From a candidate division FCPU426 bacterium (GTDB lineage Bacteria > Oederibacteriota > Muellerivitia > Muellerivitales > Muellerivitaceae), in the NCBI GenBank assembly GCA_963719085.1, contig CAVRAL010000004.1, forward strand, positions 1,120,001-1,184,000: a DNA stretch of 64,000 bases. Direction: 5' to 3'. Within the stretch, counting starts at the first letter, position 1; every line of letters begins with the position of its first letter. Under the pieces are notes generated by a model. It was given only the letters and a program-made list of their open reading frames with translations. It searched no databases and was not told the DNA's origin. Positions 48,126 through 56,589 of this stretch are shown here, piece by piece. The position numbers were made by a program, and so were the translations under genes.

Positions 48126-51100
48126 ATGCCTCTCGCGACTTTCCAACTTATTTTCCGCTGGGTCACTCGTTTTGGGGTGAACGTGCCGGCTATTGTCGTA
48201 TTTTTTTTCGTGGGGCTTCCTATTATTTCCCCGGTTGGGGCCACCATCACCGGACTCACGATTGTGTCCGTCAATCCCGCCGCCCCGGTTCCCGGAGCCG
48301 CCTTGACCGTGATCGGCAGTTATTGCGCCAGCTACAACGGGGAACCGGATGATTTATTCTTGGCCACTGAAAGCGCCTCCGCCTCGATCATTTCCTGCCC
48401 CAGCGTCACCCAGCAGTTTCTCGTGGATGTGAACGGCATCGGCCGCGATGAGAACGATCCTTGCGGCGGCAATCCCAGTTGTACCCAGGCCGGTTATCCC
48501 GTGACGAATATCAATACCACGCCGAACACGGGGGGCTGTACGGGAGGCACCTTTTTCAACGGCGTTACTTTCGTGGTCACGGTCCCCTCGAACCTCCAAT
48601 ATGGCACCGCTTACCATTTGGTTTTCTCCGGTAAAGACAACGGCTACCAATGCAGCGGGCCGGACCCGACCCTCCAACAACAAAATTATCCCTTTACCGT
48701 GTCCAGCCCCTTGGGGGGAAGTGTTTCCTTGAATAAAAGCGCCGAATCAACCGCGGGCGCCTTGCCGGGCGATCAAGGCGCTTTACCCGGCGATCTTATT
48801 TTATTCAGCATCAATTACACCTTCGTCAACCGTACGACGGACAGCATTTCGGATGTGCTGCCGCCCGGCGTGACGCTGGTCCAAGCGCAGCCGGCCCCGG
48901 CGGCGGAGGTGGGCAGTACGGTGACTTGGACCTTGCCCAACGCGAATCCCGAAATTCAGGGAAGCGTTTACGCGCTGGTTCGGGTCGACGCCAATACGCC
49001 GGCGGGCACTGTTTTTTCCAACACGGCCAGCTATTCCAGCAACAATGGAACGGGAACGAGCAACACGGTGATGGCCACGACCGGAACGCCCTTCACCCTC
49101 ACCAAAAGCGAGTCCTCCGCCGGGCCTTTGAATCCGGGGCAGGTCATCACCTATACGCTGGCCTACCAGTACAACGGTTCCAGCCTGAAGTTTTCCGATT
49201 CCTACGATTACGACTCGATCGGAAGCTCGCCCACCGGCGCCAATATCACGGGTTATGACGGAACCCAATATAGTACGAGCGCGGGAACCTGGATTGTGAC
49301 GGCCGGGTCGGGGGGCGATAATTATCTCCACGCCGATGGCGGGGGAAATTATCCCCAACTGCTGCGTACCAGCTCCGGGGGAACGACTTACTGCCCCTTC
49401 GGGGGCGGGGCGGTGTCGATCTATAAGGTTGAGGGCGACCTGGAAGTGGATCCCAATAACCCCTGCACCAAAGGCTGTGACGCCTCCATGGTGGCCTTCG
49501 CCGATTGCAACCAGAACGCCTATCTCATCAGCATCTCAGTCGATCCCTATCCATCCCACTTTTTCATCCAAAAAGTTTCCGGCGCCAATTACGTTTATGG
49601 CAACGGCAACGCGGCCAGCAGCTGGGTTTCCACCGGGCTTCCCGCGGGCCCGGGGGACAGCTACATCATCAACTCAGGGGAATTTTACACCGTGGACGCC
49701 ACGATCCAGCCCAATGGAACGGGCGGCGTGAGCTTTACCTTGTCGATTCATCCGACCAACCAAGCGGGAACCACCCTCACCTATTCACTCAACGACCCCA
49801 ACGCCACGGACCTGCCCTTTACGGCTTGCGGCTGCGGGGAAGTGGGATGGCAGGTGGATAACAGCATCGATGAATTCGCGAACCTCAAGGTTTTCTCCGC
49901 GGACAACCTGCTCAACGGGTCCCTCACCGATCCGATTCCCCCGGGCGTGACCTATCAGGGCTCCAGCACGGTCAACGCGGGAGCCCCGGTGATTCAATCC
50001 ACCGGCGCCAACGCCTTGACCTGGACCTATCCCAATATCCCGCCCCTGACGGGGACGAAGGCCATTACTTGGTGGGGAACGGTGGCCTGCACGGGCGCGC
50101 TGGGCGTGACCAACACGTCTTACTTCAACGCCGCCAATCTTTCGCTTCCGGTGACTTCCAACGCGGTGACGGCCTTAATCAACTGCCCCACCAACACGCC
50201 CACTCCCACGCCCACCGATACTCCCACGAATACCCCCACCCGCACGCCCACGCCCACCAATACGCCGACATGGACCCCCACCAATACCTTTACGCCCACC
50301 TGGACCCCGACCCCGACTCCCACGAATACCAACACGCCCACCCCGACTCCGACCAATACCTTTACCCCCACGCCCACCAATACCCCCACTTGGACCCCGA
50401 CCAATACTTGGACGCCCCTTTTCAGCCCCACCCCCACCAATACCTTTACGATCACGCCGACCTTCACGCCGACCAATACTTGGACTCCCACCGATACCAT
50501 TACGCCGACCGATACGCCCACGCCCACCAATACCCCAACGGATACTTTTACCATTACCCCGACGGTGTCGGTCACCAATACCTTTACCTTTACGCCCACC
50601 TTTACCCCGACGAATACTTGGACTCCGACGAACACCCCCTCACCGACCAATACCTGGACGCCGACTTTTACCGCGACCCCCACTCACACGCCGACGAACA
50701 CTTTCACGGTGACCTTTACCCCCACCTTTACCTTTACGCCGACCGCGACCCATACCGTGACCCCGACGCCAACCGTGACGCCGACTTCCACGGCGGTCGG
50801 CATCGTCATTCTGGTCGGCATTTACAACTCGGTGGGTGAGTTGATCGAGCAGTTTCCCGAACAGACGCTGCCCAACGGGGTTCAGGTTTTTTCCTTGAGC
50901 CCCAACGCGGAGATCACCAGCCTTAACGGCGGAGTCACCATCATGGTGCAGGGGAATCCCGTCGCTTCTTGGAACGGAACCAACCCCAATGGCACGCCGG
51001 TGATAAACGGCCAATACTATATTAAGGTGGACAGCGTGGATAACGGGTCCGTGAACAGCGTCACCCAGCCGGTCATCGTGAACCGGGATCTGAAACATTT

Positions 51101-51686
51101 GGACGTGGATGTTTACAACGAGGCGGGCGAAATCGTGGCGCACCTCGTCGACACGGTCACGGACCCCACGGGCAATCCCTTAACCAGCGTTTCCATTTCC
51201 AGCGACGTTTTGAGCCCCGGTTCGGGGTCCAACAGCCAGATCACTTTGACCGGTAATAACGGCCAAGTTTTGGCGACTTGGACCGGAACCAATGACGCGG
51301 GCCAAGCGGTGGCCACCGGAACCTACTTTATCGAGGTGCATGATGACGAGGGAAACAACGGGGGAGCGGACTTGGTCCAAACCGTGGTGGTGACGGGGGC
51401 GCCGACCGCGCCGGGAACTTTCAAGGCTTCGCCCAATCTATTGGGGGCCAACCAGACTTTCGTTCAATTCACGGATAATGACCCCTCCCAGGTCACCTTA
51501 CGCGTGAGTGTTTACGATGTGGCGGGGGAATTGGTGAAAAGTTTGACGGGGGACCCGGGGACCAACCTGGCCACCTGGGATACCACGGGATACGCCAGCG
51601 GACTTTATTTCGCCCGGGTGAGCGCGATCGACGCGGATGGCCATTCCCGGGGCGAGAAGATTTTGAAGATCATGCGGTTACGCTGA
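48126..51686 (+). CDS. Large exported protein: DUF11-like repeats, beta-sandwich domain, ~200-aa Pro/Thr tract, tandem FlgD-Ig/CTD-like domains
   Basis: [37 protein letters not shown] repeats; three IYN/VYN/VYD..GE domains with W.G.N and G.YY/F motifs. Confidence 0.8.
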   Translation: MPLATFQLIFRWVTRFGVNVPAIVVFFFVGLPIISPVGATITGLTIVSVNPAAPVPGAALTVIGSYCASYNGEPDDLFLATESASASIISCPSVTQQFLVDVNGIGRDENDPCGGNPSCTQAGYPVTNINTTPNTGGCTGGTFFNGVTFVVTVPSNLQYGTAYHLVFSGKDNGYQCSGPDPTLQQQNYPFTVSSPLGGSVSLNKSAESTAGALPGDQGALPGDLILFSINYTFVNRTTDSISDVLPPGVTLVQAQPAPAAEVGSTVTWTLPNANPEIQGSVYALVRVDANTPAGTVFSNTASYSSNNGTGTSNTVMATTGTPFTLTKSESSAGPLNPGQVITYTLAYQYNGSSLKFSDSYDYDSIGSSPTGANITGYDGTQYSTSAGTWIVTAGSGGDNYLHADGGGNYPQLLRTSSGGTTYCPFGGGAVSIYKVEGDLEVDPNNPCTKGCDASMVAFADCNQNAYLISISVDPYPSHFFIQKVSGANYVYGNGNAASSWVSTGLPAGPGDSYIINSGEFYTVDATIQPNGTGGVSFTLSIHPTNQAGTTLTYSLNDPNATDLPFTACGCGEVGWQVDNSIDEFANLKVFSADNLLNGSLTDPIPPGVTYQGSSTVNAGAPVIQSTGANALTWTYPNIPPLTGTKAITWWGTVACTGALGVTNTSYFNAANLSLPVTSNAVTALINCPTNTPTPTPTDTPTNTPTRTPTPTNTPTWTPTNTFTPTWTPTPTPTNTNTPTPTPTNTFTPTPTNTPTWTPTNTWTPLFSPTPTNTFTITPTFTPTNTWTPTDTITPTDTPTPTNTPTDTFTITPTVSVTNTFTFTPTFTPTNTWTPTNTPSPTNTWTPTFTATPTHTPTNTFTVTFTPTFTFTPTATHTVTPTPTVTPTSTAVGIVILVGIYNSVGELIEQFPEQTLPNGVQVFSLSPNAEITSLNGGVTIMVQGNPVASWNGTNPNGTPVINGQYYIKVDSVDNGSVNSVTQPVIVNRDLKHLDVDVYNEAGEIVAHLVDTVTDPTGNPLTSVSISSDVLSPGSGSNSQITLTGNNGQVLATWTGTNDAGQAVATGTYFIEVHDDEGNNGGADLVQTVVVTGAPTAPGTFKASPNLLGANQTFVQFTDNDPSQVTLRVSVYDVAGELVKSLTGDPGTNLATWDTTGYASGLYFARVSAIDADGHSRGEKILKIMRLR
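50187..50790 (+). repeat. Coding low-complexity Pro/Thr (TPTNT/TFT/TWT) repeat tract
   Basis: Degenerate ACC/ACG/CCC/AAT codon repeats within the 48126-51686 ORF. Confidence 0.85.
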
Positions 51687-51878
51687 AGTCGAAATCCCCC
51701 TTGGCCGTCCTGAGGCTTCGCGGGCGTCTTCCCGAGCGCTTCATGCTAGGATGTCCCATCTTTTTTATAGATGCCGACGAAAATACTAGAATGGATCGCC
51801 TTCCATTTTCATTGCGGGCAAAATAGTTTGGAAGGCGATCCATTCTAGTCATCATCCAGGCATCGATAAGGGGAATCC

Positions 51879-52118
51879 ATGGAATCCGACAATAAGACGG
51901 TTCATCAATCGACGATCAAGGTTAAAAGCGGGGAATACCGGTTTACGGTCAAGGACTCGCCCCGGTCAGGGCGCTATTTATTGATGGAAGATGTCCGGAT
52001 CAAGGACGGGAAATCCAGGGTTGAGCGGGTGGTGGTTTATCCCGAGCTCATCGAGGGTTTTGACGCGGAGTATCAAAAGGCGAAGGCTTTTATGATTCCG
52101 CCTCCGGCATCAACTTAA
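51879..52118 (+). CDS. PUR-like (DUF3276) nucleic-acid-binding protein
   Basis: YRFTVKDS..GRYLLMED..RVVVYPELIEGF pattern; AAGGGG SD. Confidence 0.65.
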   Translation: MESDNKTVHQSTIKVKSGEYRFTVKDSPRSGRYLLMEDVRIKDGKSRVERVVVYPELIEGFDAEYQKAKAFMIPPPAST

Positions 52119-52126
52119 AAAAATTC

Positions 52127-52233
52127 TTTTACTACGAAGTACACGAAGTTCACAAAGTTAAAACAAGAGCATTTCTTTTGATTTGAAGAAAATTTAGCCT
52201 TACTTCGTGTACTTTGTGAACTTCGTGGTAAAA
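52127..52233. repeat. Palindromic repeat, CACGAAG family
   Basis: TTTTACTACGAAGTACACGAAGTTCACAAAG ... CTTCGTGTACTTTGTGAACTTCGTGGTAAAA. Confidence 0.85.
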
Positions 52234-52252
52234 CGCCTTTTGTTGATTGATT

Positions 52253-52394
52253 TTAAACTTCTTGGCCTGCCGCCCAATCCCCGTAACGGCGTTTCGCCCG
52301 ATATCGGGCGAGTGCACGGGGACGGGCCGCCGGATGGATATATTTATACTTCCTGGCCGGCCGCCCAGCCCGACGCCCACTCCCACCGATAACC
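52253..52394 (-). pseudogene. Two relict copies of the yhiN-like gene 3' end
   Basis: 52344-52394 encodes GYRWEWASGWAAGQEV*; 52253-52276 encodes WAAGQEV*; the intact gene ends QWAWSSGWAAGQSV*. Confidence 0.75.
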
Positions 52395-52445
52395 GCTTCG
52401 CCCAATCTTGGGCGAAATCGTAGGGAGGGTCATCGCAATGATATT

Positions 52446-53633
52446 TTATACCGATTGGCCTGCGGCCCATCCCGATGACCACGCCCACTGAAAGTTATAC
52501 CCTCCCAGCCAGCCGGTGACGTCGACGACTTCGCCGATAAAATAAAGTCCGGGGACTTTTTTCGATTCCATCGTCCGGGATGAGAGCTCATCCGTGTCCA
52601 CGCCGCCCCGGGTGACTTCGGCCTTGTTGTAACCCACCGTCGACTCCGGAACGATCACATAGTCTTGAATCGCGCGGCAAAAGGTTTCCAAGACCTTGTT
52701 GGAAAGGGTGGGCAGGGCCGCGCCCTCGGGCAGCTCCAATTCGCAGAGCCGATCGGCCAGGCGGTTGGGAAGTTTTTCCTTCAAGAGGGTCTTCACCTCG
52801 GATTTGGAACCTTTGCGTTTATAGTCCCAAAACCATTGGACAAGTTTGTCCGGGGTTTCACTCGGCACGAAATTTAAGTGAAGTTTGTTGTCCTGGCGCC
52901 AGTACAGGGAAATTTGCAGCGCCGCGGGGCCGCTGAGGCCCACATGGGTGAAGAGGATATTTTCCCGGAAAGAGGCGCTTCCGCAAGACACCAGGCAGTC
53001 GGTGGAAACGCCGGTGAGGTCCCCGAACTTTTTAAGGTCGGGGGCTTTTAATCGAAACCCATCCAGGGCCGGCGCCGGTTCCACGATCTTCAGCCCAAAT
53101 TGCCGGGCGATCTTATACCCAAAATCAGTGGCGCCGACTTTGGGAATCGAAAGCCCCCCGGTGGCGATGACGAGGGAGTTGGCGCGGAAGCTGTCTTTAT
53201 CGGTTTGGACGGTAAAGCCGTCGGTTTTCTCGATCGAGGTGATTGTGTGGCCCAGAAAAAACTCGGCCTTCGCCTGGCGGCACTCCTCGGTCAAAAGCGA
53301 GACGATATCCTTGGCCGAATAGTCGCAAAAAAGCTGGCCCAATTTTTTCTCGTGATGGGGAATTTTATGCGACTTGACCAATTTCAAGAAATCACCCGGG
53401 CCATAGCGGGACAGGGCCGATTTGACGAAATGGGGGTTTTGCGACAGGTAATTGTCGGGCCCGGCGCCGGTGTTGGTAAAATTACAGCGGCCCCCGCCCG
53501 AAATGAGGATCTTGGCGCCGACCTTTTCCGCGTGGTCGATCAAGGCCACCCGGCGTCCCCGTCTGCCCGCCTCCATGGCGCACATCATTCCGGCCCCGCC
53601 CGCGCCGATAATTAGAACCTCGAAATTTCGCAT
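52446..53633 (-). CDS. yhiN: HI0933/YhiN-family flavoprotein
   Basis: IIGAGGAG, KILISGGGRCNFTN, ATGGLSIP, LFTHVGLSGP, VTRGGV, GGYNFQWAWSSG. Confidence 0.9.
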   Translation of the reverse strand: MRNFEVLIIGAGGAGMMCAMEAGRRGRRVALIDHAEKVGAKILISGGGRCNFTNTGAGPDNYLSQNPHFVKSALSRYGPGDFLKLVKSHKIPHHEKKLGQLFCDYSAKDIVSLLTEECRQAKAEFFLGHTITSIEKTDGFTVQTDKDSFRANSLVIATGGLSIPKVGATDFGYKIARQFGLKIVEPAPALDGFRLKAPDLKKFGDLTGVSTDCLVSCGSASFRENILFTHVGLSGPAALQISLYWRQDNKLHLNFVPSETPDKLVQWFWDYKRKGSKSEVKTLLKEKLPNRLADRLCELELPEGAALPTLSNKVLETFCRAIQDYVIVPESTVGYNKAEVTRGGVDTDELSSRTMESKKVPGLYFIGEVVDVTGWLGGYNFQWAWSSGWAAGQSV

Positions 53634-53772
53634 GCGGCATCTTACAGGATAAAAGCCCTTTTCCCACCGGGGAGAGGAAAAGGGTTTCCGAAACCGGCGG
53701 CTTCTTCTTTAGGCGCGGGCTTTGCCGGGGTCTATACTTCAGGTGAAGGCCTACTCGCTTTCCGGAGGACTT

Positions 53773-53982
53773 ATGAAGGAAAAAAGAAGGATTTGGCTGG
53801 TGATTCTCCTGATTTCAGCCCTGGCCCTGCCCGGCTTGGCTAAAACCAGCGCGCATGCCTCCAAATTGTCGAAGAGCGCGAAAACCCATTCGTCCCATAA
53901 AAGGACCCATCCCAAACCGCTGCCCAAGGTCGAAAGGGTCCAACACCCGATGGACGATGGTCCGCCGGCGGGCTGGCATTGA
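53773..53982 (+). CDS. Small exported basic hypothetical protein
   Basis: GGAGG SD, signal peptide, followed by terminator. Confidence 0.55.
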   Translation: MKEKRRIWLVILLISALALPGLAKTSAHASKLSKSAKTHSSHKRTHPKPLPKVERVQHPMDDGPPAGWH

Positions 53983-54017
53983 TCTTTTCCTAAATAAAAC
54001 AGAATCCATTTGAGCTT

Positions 54018-54052
54018 AAAGGCGCCGGACTTGAAAGTCCGGTGCCTTTTTT
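54018..54052 (+). terminator. Intrinsic terminator
   Basis: AAAGGCGCCGGACT-TGAA-AGTCCGGTGCCTTTTTT. Confidence 0.8.
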
Positions 54053-54216
54053 GTTTTAGATGATTTTGATGGGGCTGGTTTACAACAAGTGTCTAAAAAT
54101 AGGCAAAAATAAAATTTAACATCGGCGTCATTGAATCGGGATATTGTTCGCGATTAAATTGGAGACGGTTCATTTCGCGAAACGGCATGAACCACCCATC
54201 ACTCGAGGAGGAACTT

Positions 54217-55005
54217 ATGCCCAAACCCATCGCCGTCCTGACGAGCCGGAAAATAAAACATTACGGATGGTCCCCGGACCTGCCCGACCACCGGGATCAT
54301 CTTTACGCCGCGCCCGCGGTCCATTTAGCCGCCCTTCCGCTCAAAGCCGACCTGCGGCCCGGCTGCCCGCCGGTTTATGACCAGGGGCAATTGGGAAGCT
54401 GTACCGCCAATTCCATCGCCGCCGCCGTGGAGTTTGACCAGATCAAACAAAGCCTGCCGTCGGTTTTTGTCCCCTCCCGGCTTTTTATTTATTACAACGA
54501 GCGGGCCATGGAAGGGACAGTTTCCCAAGACAGCGGCGCCCAAATCCGGGACGGCATCAAGGGCGTTGGAAAACTGGGCGTGTGCCCGGAAAAAGAATGG
54601 CCCTATGTCATCGCGAAGTTCGCGCAAAAACCTCCCTCAAGCTGTTACGGCGACGCGGTGCAGTACCGGGCGCTGAGCTATCAAAAAGTCGCGAGGGACC
54701 TGAACCAAATGAAGGGCTGTCTGGCTTCCGGTTATCCTTTTGTGTTCGGCTTCACCGTCTATCAAAGTTTTGAAAGCACCCAAGTGGCCAAAACCGGCTT
54801 GGTGCCTATGCCCGCACCCAGCGAGCAAACCCTGGGAGGCCACGCGGTCATGGCGGTCGGTTATGACGACAGCAAACAAGTGTTTATCGTGCGTAATTCT
54901 TGGGGCCCGGGTTGGGGCTTGAAAGGCTATTTCCTGATGCCTTACCTGTACCTCATGCATCCGGGGCTTTCGAGCGATTATTGGACGGTTCGTTTAGTGG
55001 GGTAG
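54217..55005 (+). CDS. C1 (papain-family) cysteine peptidase
   Basis: DQGQLGSCTAN, SRLFIYYNER, GGHAV, VRNSWG; GAGGAGG SD. Confidence 0.92.
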   Translation: MPKPIAVLTSRKIKHYGWSPDLPDHRDHLYAAPAVHLAALPLKADLRPGCPPVYDQGQLGSCTANSIAAAVEFDQIKQSLPSVFVPSRLFIYYNERAMEGTVSQDSGAQIRDGIKGVGKLGVCPEKEWPYVIAKFAQKPPSSCYGDAVQYRALSYQKVARDLNQMKGCLASGYPFVFGFTVYQSFESTQVAKTGLVPMPAPSEQTLGGHAVMAVGYDDSKQVFIVRNSWGPGWGLKGYFLMPYLYLMHPGLSSDYWTVRLVG

Positions 55006-55020
55006 GAAAAGACCGCATTT

Positions 55021-55110
55021 TTCACCGTCCAGACGCCAAGTTCGCCCAGAAAGATAAAAATCGCGTTTGACACATTTTTGTTTTTGATTTTCTTGGCGTC
55101 TTGGCGGTGA
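55021..55110. repeat. Palindromic repeat, CGCCAAG family
   Basis: TCACCGTCCAGACGCCAAGTTCGCC ... CTTGGCGTCTTGGCGGTGA. Confidence 0.75.
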
Positions 55111-55149
55111 TAGGGTGTTTCCGTAAATTCCCAAATTTAAGGAAAAACT

Positions 55150-55824
55150 ATGTCCAAGTCTTTCGCCAAGGCCGATGAAGCCGTCCAAAAGTATGTTCTT
55201 GAGACCTTTCATCCCGAGGACCCAATCCTTTTAGAAATCCGGGAAAGGGCCGCGAAAGAAGGCCTGCCGGACATCCACGTGGGGCCCATGGATGGTCTTC
55301 ACCTGGAAGTCATCGCCCGGGCTGTAGGCGCGAAAAAGATAGTCGAAATCGGGACCTTAGCCGGTTATTCGGGGGTTTGCCTGGCCCGGGCCCTGCCCAA
55401 AGACGGAAAACTTTATTGTTTTGAGTATGAGCCCAAGCACGCCCGGGTTTCCTTGGAATCCTTTAAGAAGGCCGGGTTTGAGGAACAGGTCGAAATTCAT
55501 GTGGGGCCGGCTTTGGAACAGCTGCCGAAAATAGAGGCCCAAGGGCCGTTCGACTTGGTCTTTATCGACGCCGATAAACCCGCTTACCCGGCTTATTTGG
55601 AATGGGCCATGAAGCATTTGCGGTTGGGGGGAGTCTTTTTGGGGGACAACACCTTTTCGGGCGGGCTCGTGGCGGACCCGGCCAACGAAACGCAAGGGCC
55701 CAAAACGGAAAGGGTCAAGGCGATCCGTGAGTTCAACCGAATGGCCGCCACGGATCCCCGCTTCCGCTCCACCGTCATCCCCACCGGCGAGGGGTTAACC
55801 ATGGGCGTTAAAATGAGGAACTGA
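55150..55824 (+). CDS. SAM-dependent O-methyltransferase (caffeoyl-CoA OMT-like)
   Basis: VEIGTLAGYS, FDLVFIDADK, GDN. Confidence 0.9.
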   Translation: MSKSFAKADEAVQKYVLETFHPEDPILLEIRERAAKEGLPDIHVGPMDGLHLEVIARAVGAKKIVEIGTLAGYSGVCLARALPKDGKLYCFEYEPKHARVSLESFKKAGFEEQVEIHVGPALEQLPKIEAQGPFDLVFIDADKPAYPAYLEWAMKHLRLGGVFLGDNTFSGGLVADPANETQGPKTERVKAIREFNRMAATDPRFRSTVIPTGEGLTMGVKMRN

Positions 55825-55828
55825 TTTC

Positions 55829-56521
55829 TTATTCGTCCTTTAATCGATAGCCGACGCCCGGTTCGGTCATCAGGTATTGGGGCCGGTTGGGATCGGGCTC
55901 AATTTTTTCCCGCAATTGATGGATATAGGTCCTGAGGTTTTGGGAGTCGTTGGACGTTCCCCAAATCTCGGTCAGTATTTGTTTTTGGGTGACCACCTTG
56001 CCGGCGTAGCGGACTAAAAGCGCCAGCACGTCGTATTCGTTGGGCGTGAGATGGACCGGTTTGTTTTTAACCAAGACCAGCCGTTTGTCCAAATCGACCT
56101 TCAGCCCCTTGGATTCAAAGAGCGCGGGCGCGCCCCCGGTTTTTTCTTTTTGCGCGTGGCGCAAGGCCACCCGGATGCGCGCTAAAAGCTCTCCCACGCT
56201 AAACGGCTTGGTGAGGTAATCGTCGGCCCCCGCGTCGAGCCCGGCGATCTTATCCCCGTCTTTGCCCCGGGCGGTGAGGATAATAACGGGAATCGCGGAG
56301 ACTTTCCGTAATTGTTTTAAAACCTCTAGGCCGTCCAGGCCGGGCAGGCCTAAATCCAAAAGGATGAGCTGGGGATGATGGGAGGCGGCCAGGGCCAGGC
56401 CTTCTTCCCCCTTGTCGGTTTCCACCACCTTGAAAGACTCGTTCGAAAGCGAGGCTTTCAAAAACCGGCGGATGGAGGCCTCGTCCTCAATGACTAGAAT
56501 GAGCTGTTTCTTGTCCGCCAC
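55829..56521 (-). CDS. kdpE: Response regulator KdpE
   Basis: IEDE, LLDLGLP, GADDYLTKPF, TEPGVGYR; downstream of kdpD; GTG after AAGAGG. Confidence 0.93.
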   Translation of the reverse strand: MADKKQLILVIEDEASIRRFLKASLSNESFKVVETDKGEEGLALAASHHPQLILLDLGLPGLDGLEVLKQLRKVSAIPVIILTARGKDGDKIAGLDAGADDYLTKPFSVGELLARIRVALRHAQKEKTGGAPALFESKGLKVDLDKRLVLVKNKPVHLTPNEYDVLALLVRYAGKVVTQKQILTEIWGTSNDSQNLRTYIHQLREKIEPDPNRPQYLMTEPGVGYRLKDE

Positions 56522-56589
56522 GGAAAACCTCTTTTTGAAAGTCCGGCTTTTCAAAACATTCTATCAAAAGCGGCGGGAGCCCATCGGGG

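Noticed and set aside
50069..50839. His-rich alternative-frame ORF and Val/Gly-rich antisense ORF; possible CRISPR-like repeats
   Set aside because: By-products of the Pro/Thr coding repeat; there is no constant repeat with unique spacers.
52150..52488. 112-aa minus-strand ORF ending in HEVHKVHEV
   Set aside because: Translation of repeat DNA and out-of-frame yhiN relics.
52253..52490. CRISPR mini-array interpretation of the tandem units
   Set aside because: Repeats translate to the yhiN C-terminus and vary synonymously; spacers are ~60 nt and palindromic; no cas genes.
42094..55824. Integrative island at tRNA-Gln
   Set aside because: Accessory-looking genes follow, but I found no integrase, no duplicated tRNA 3' end and no clear composition shift.
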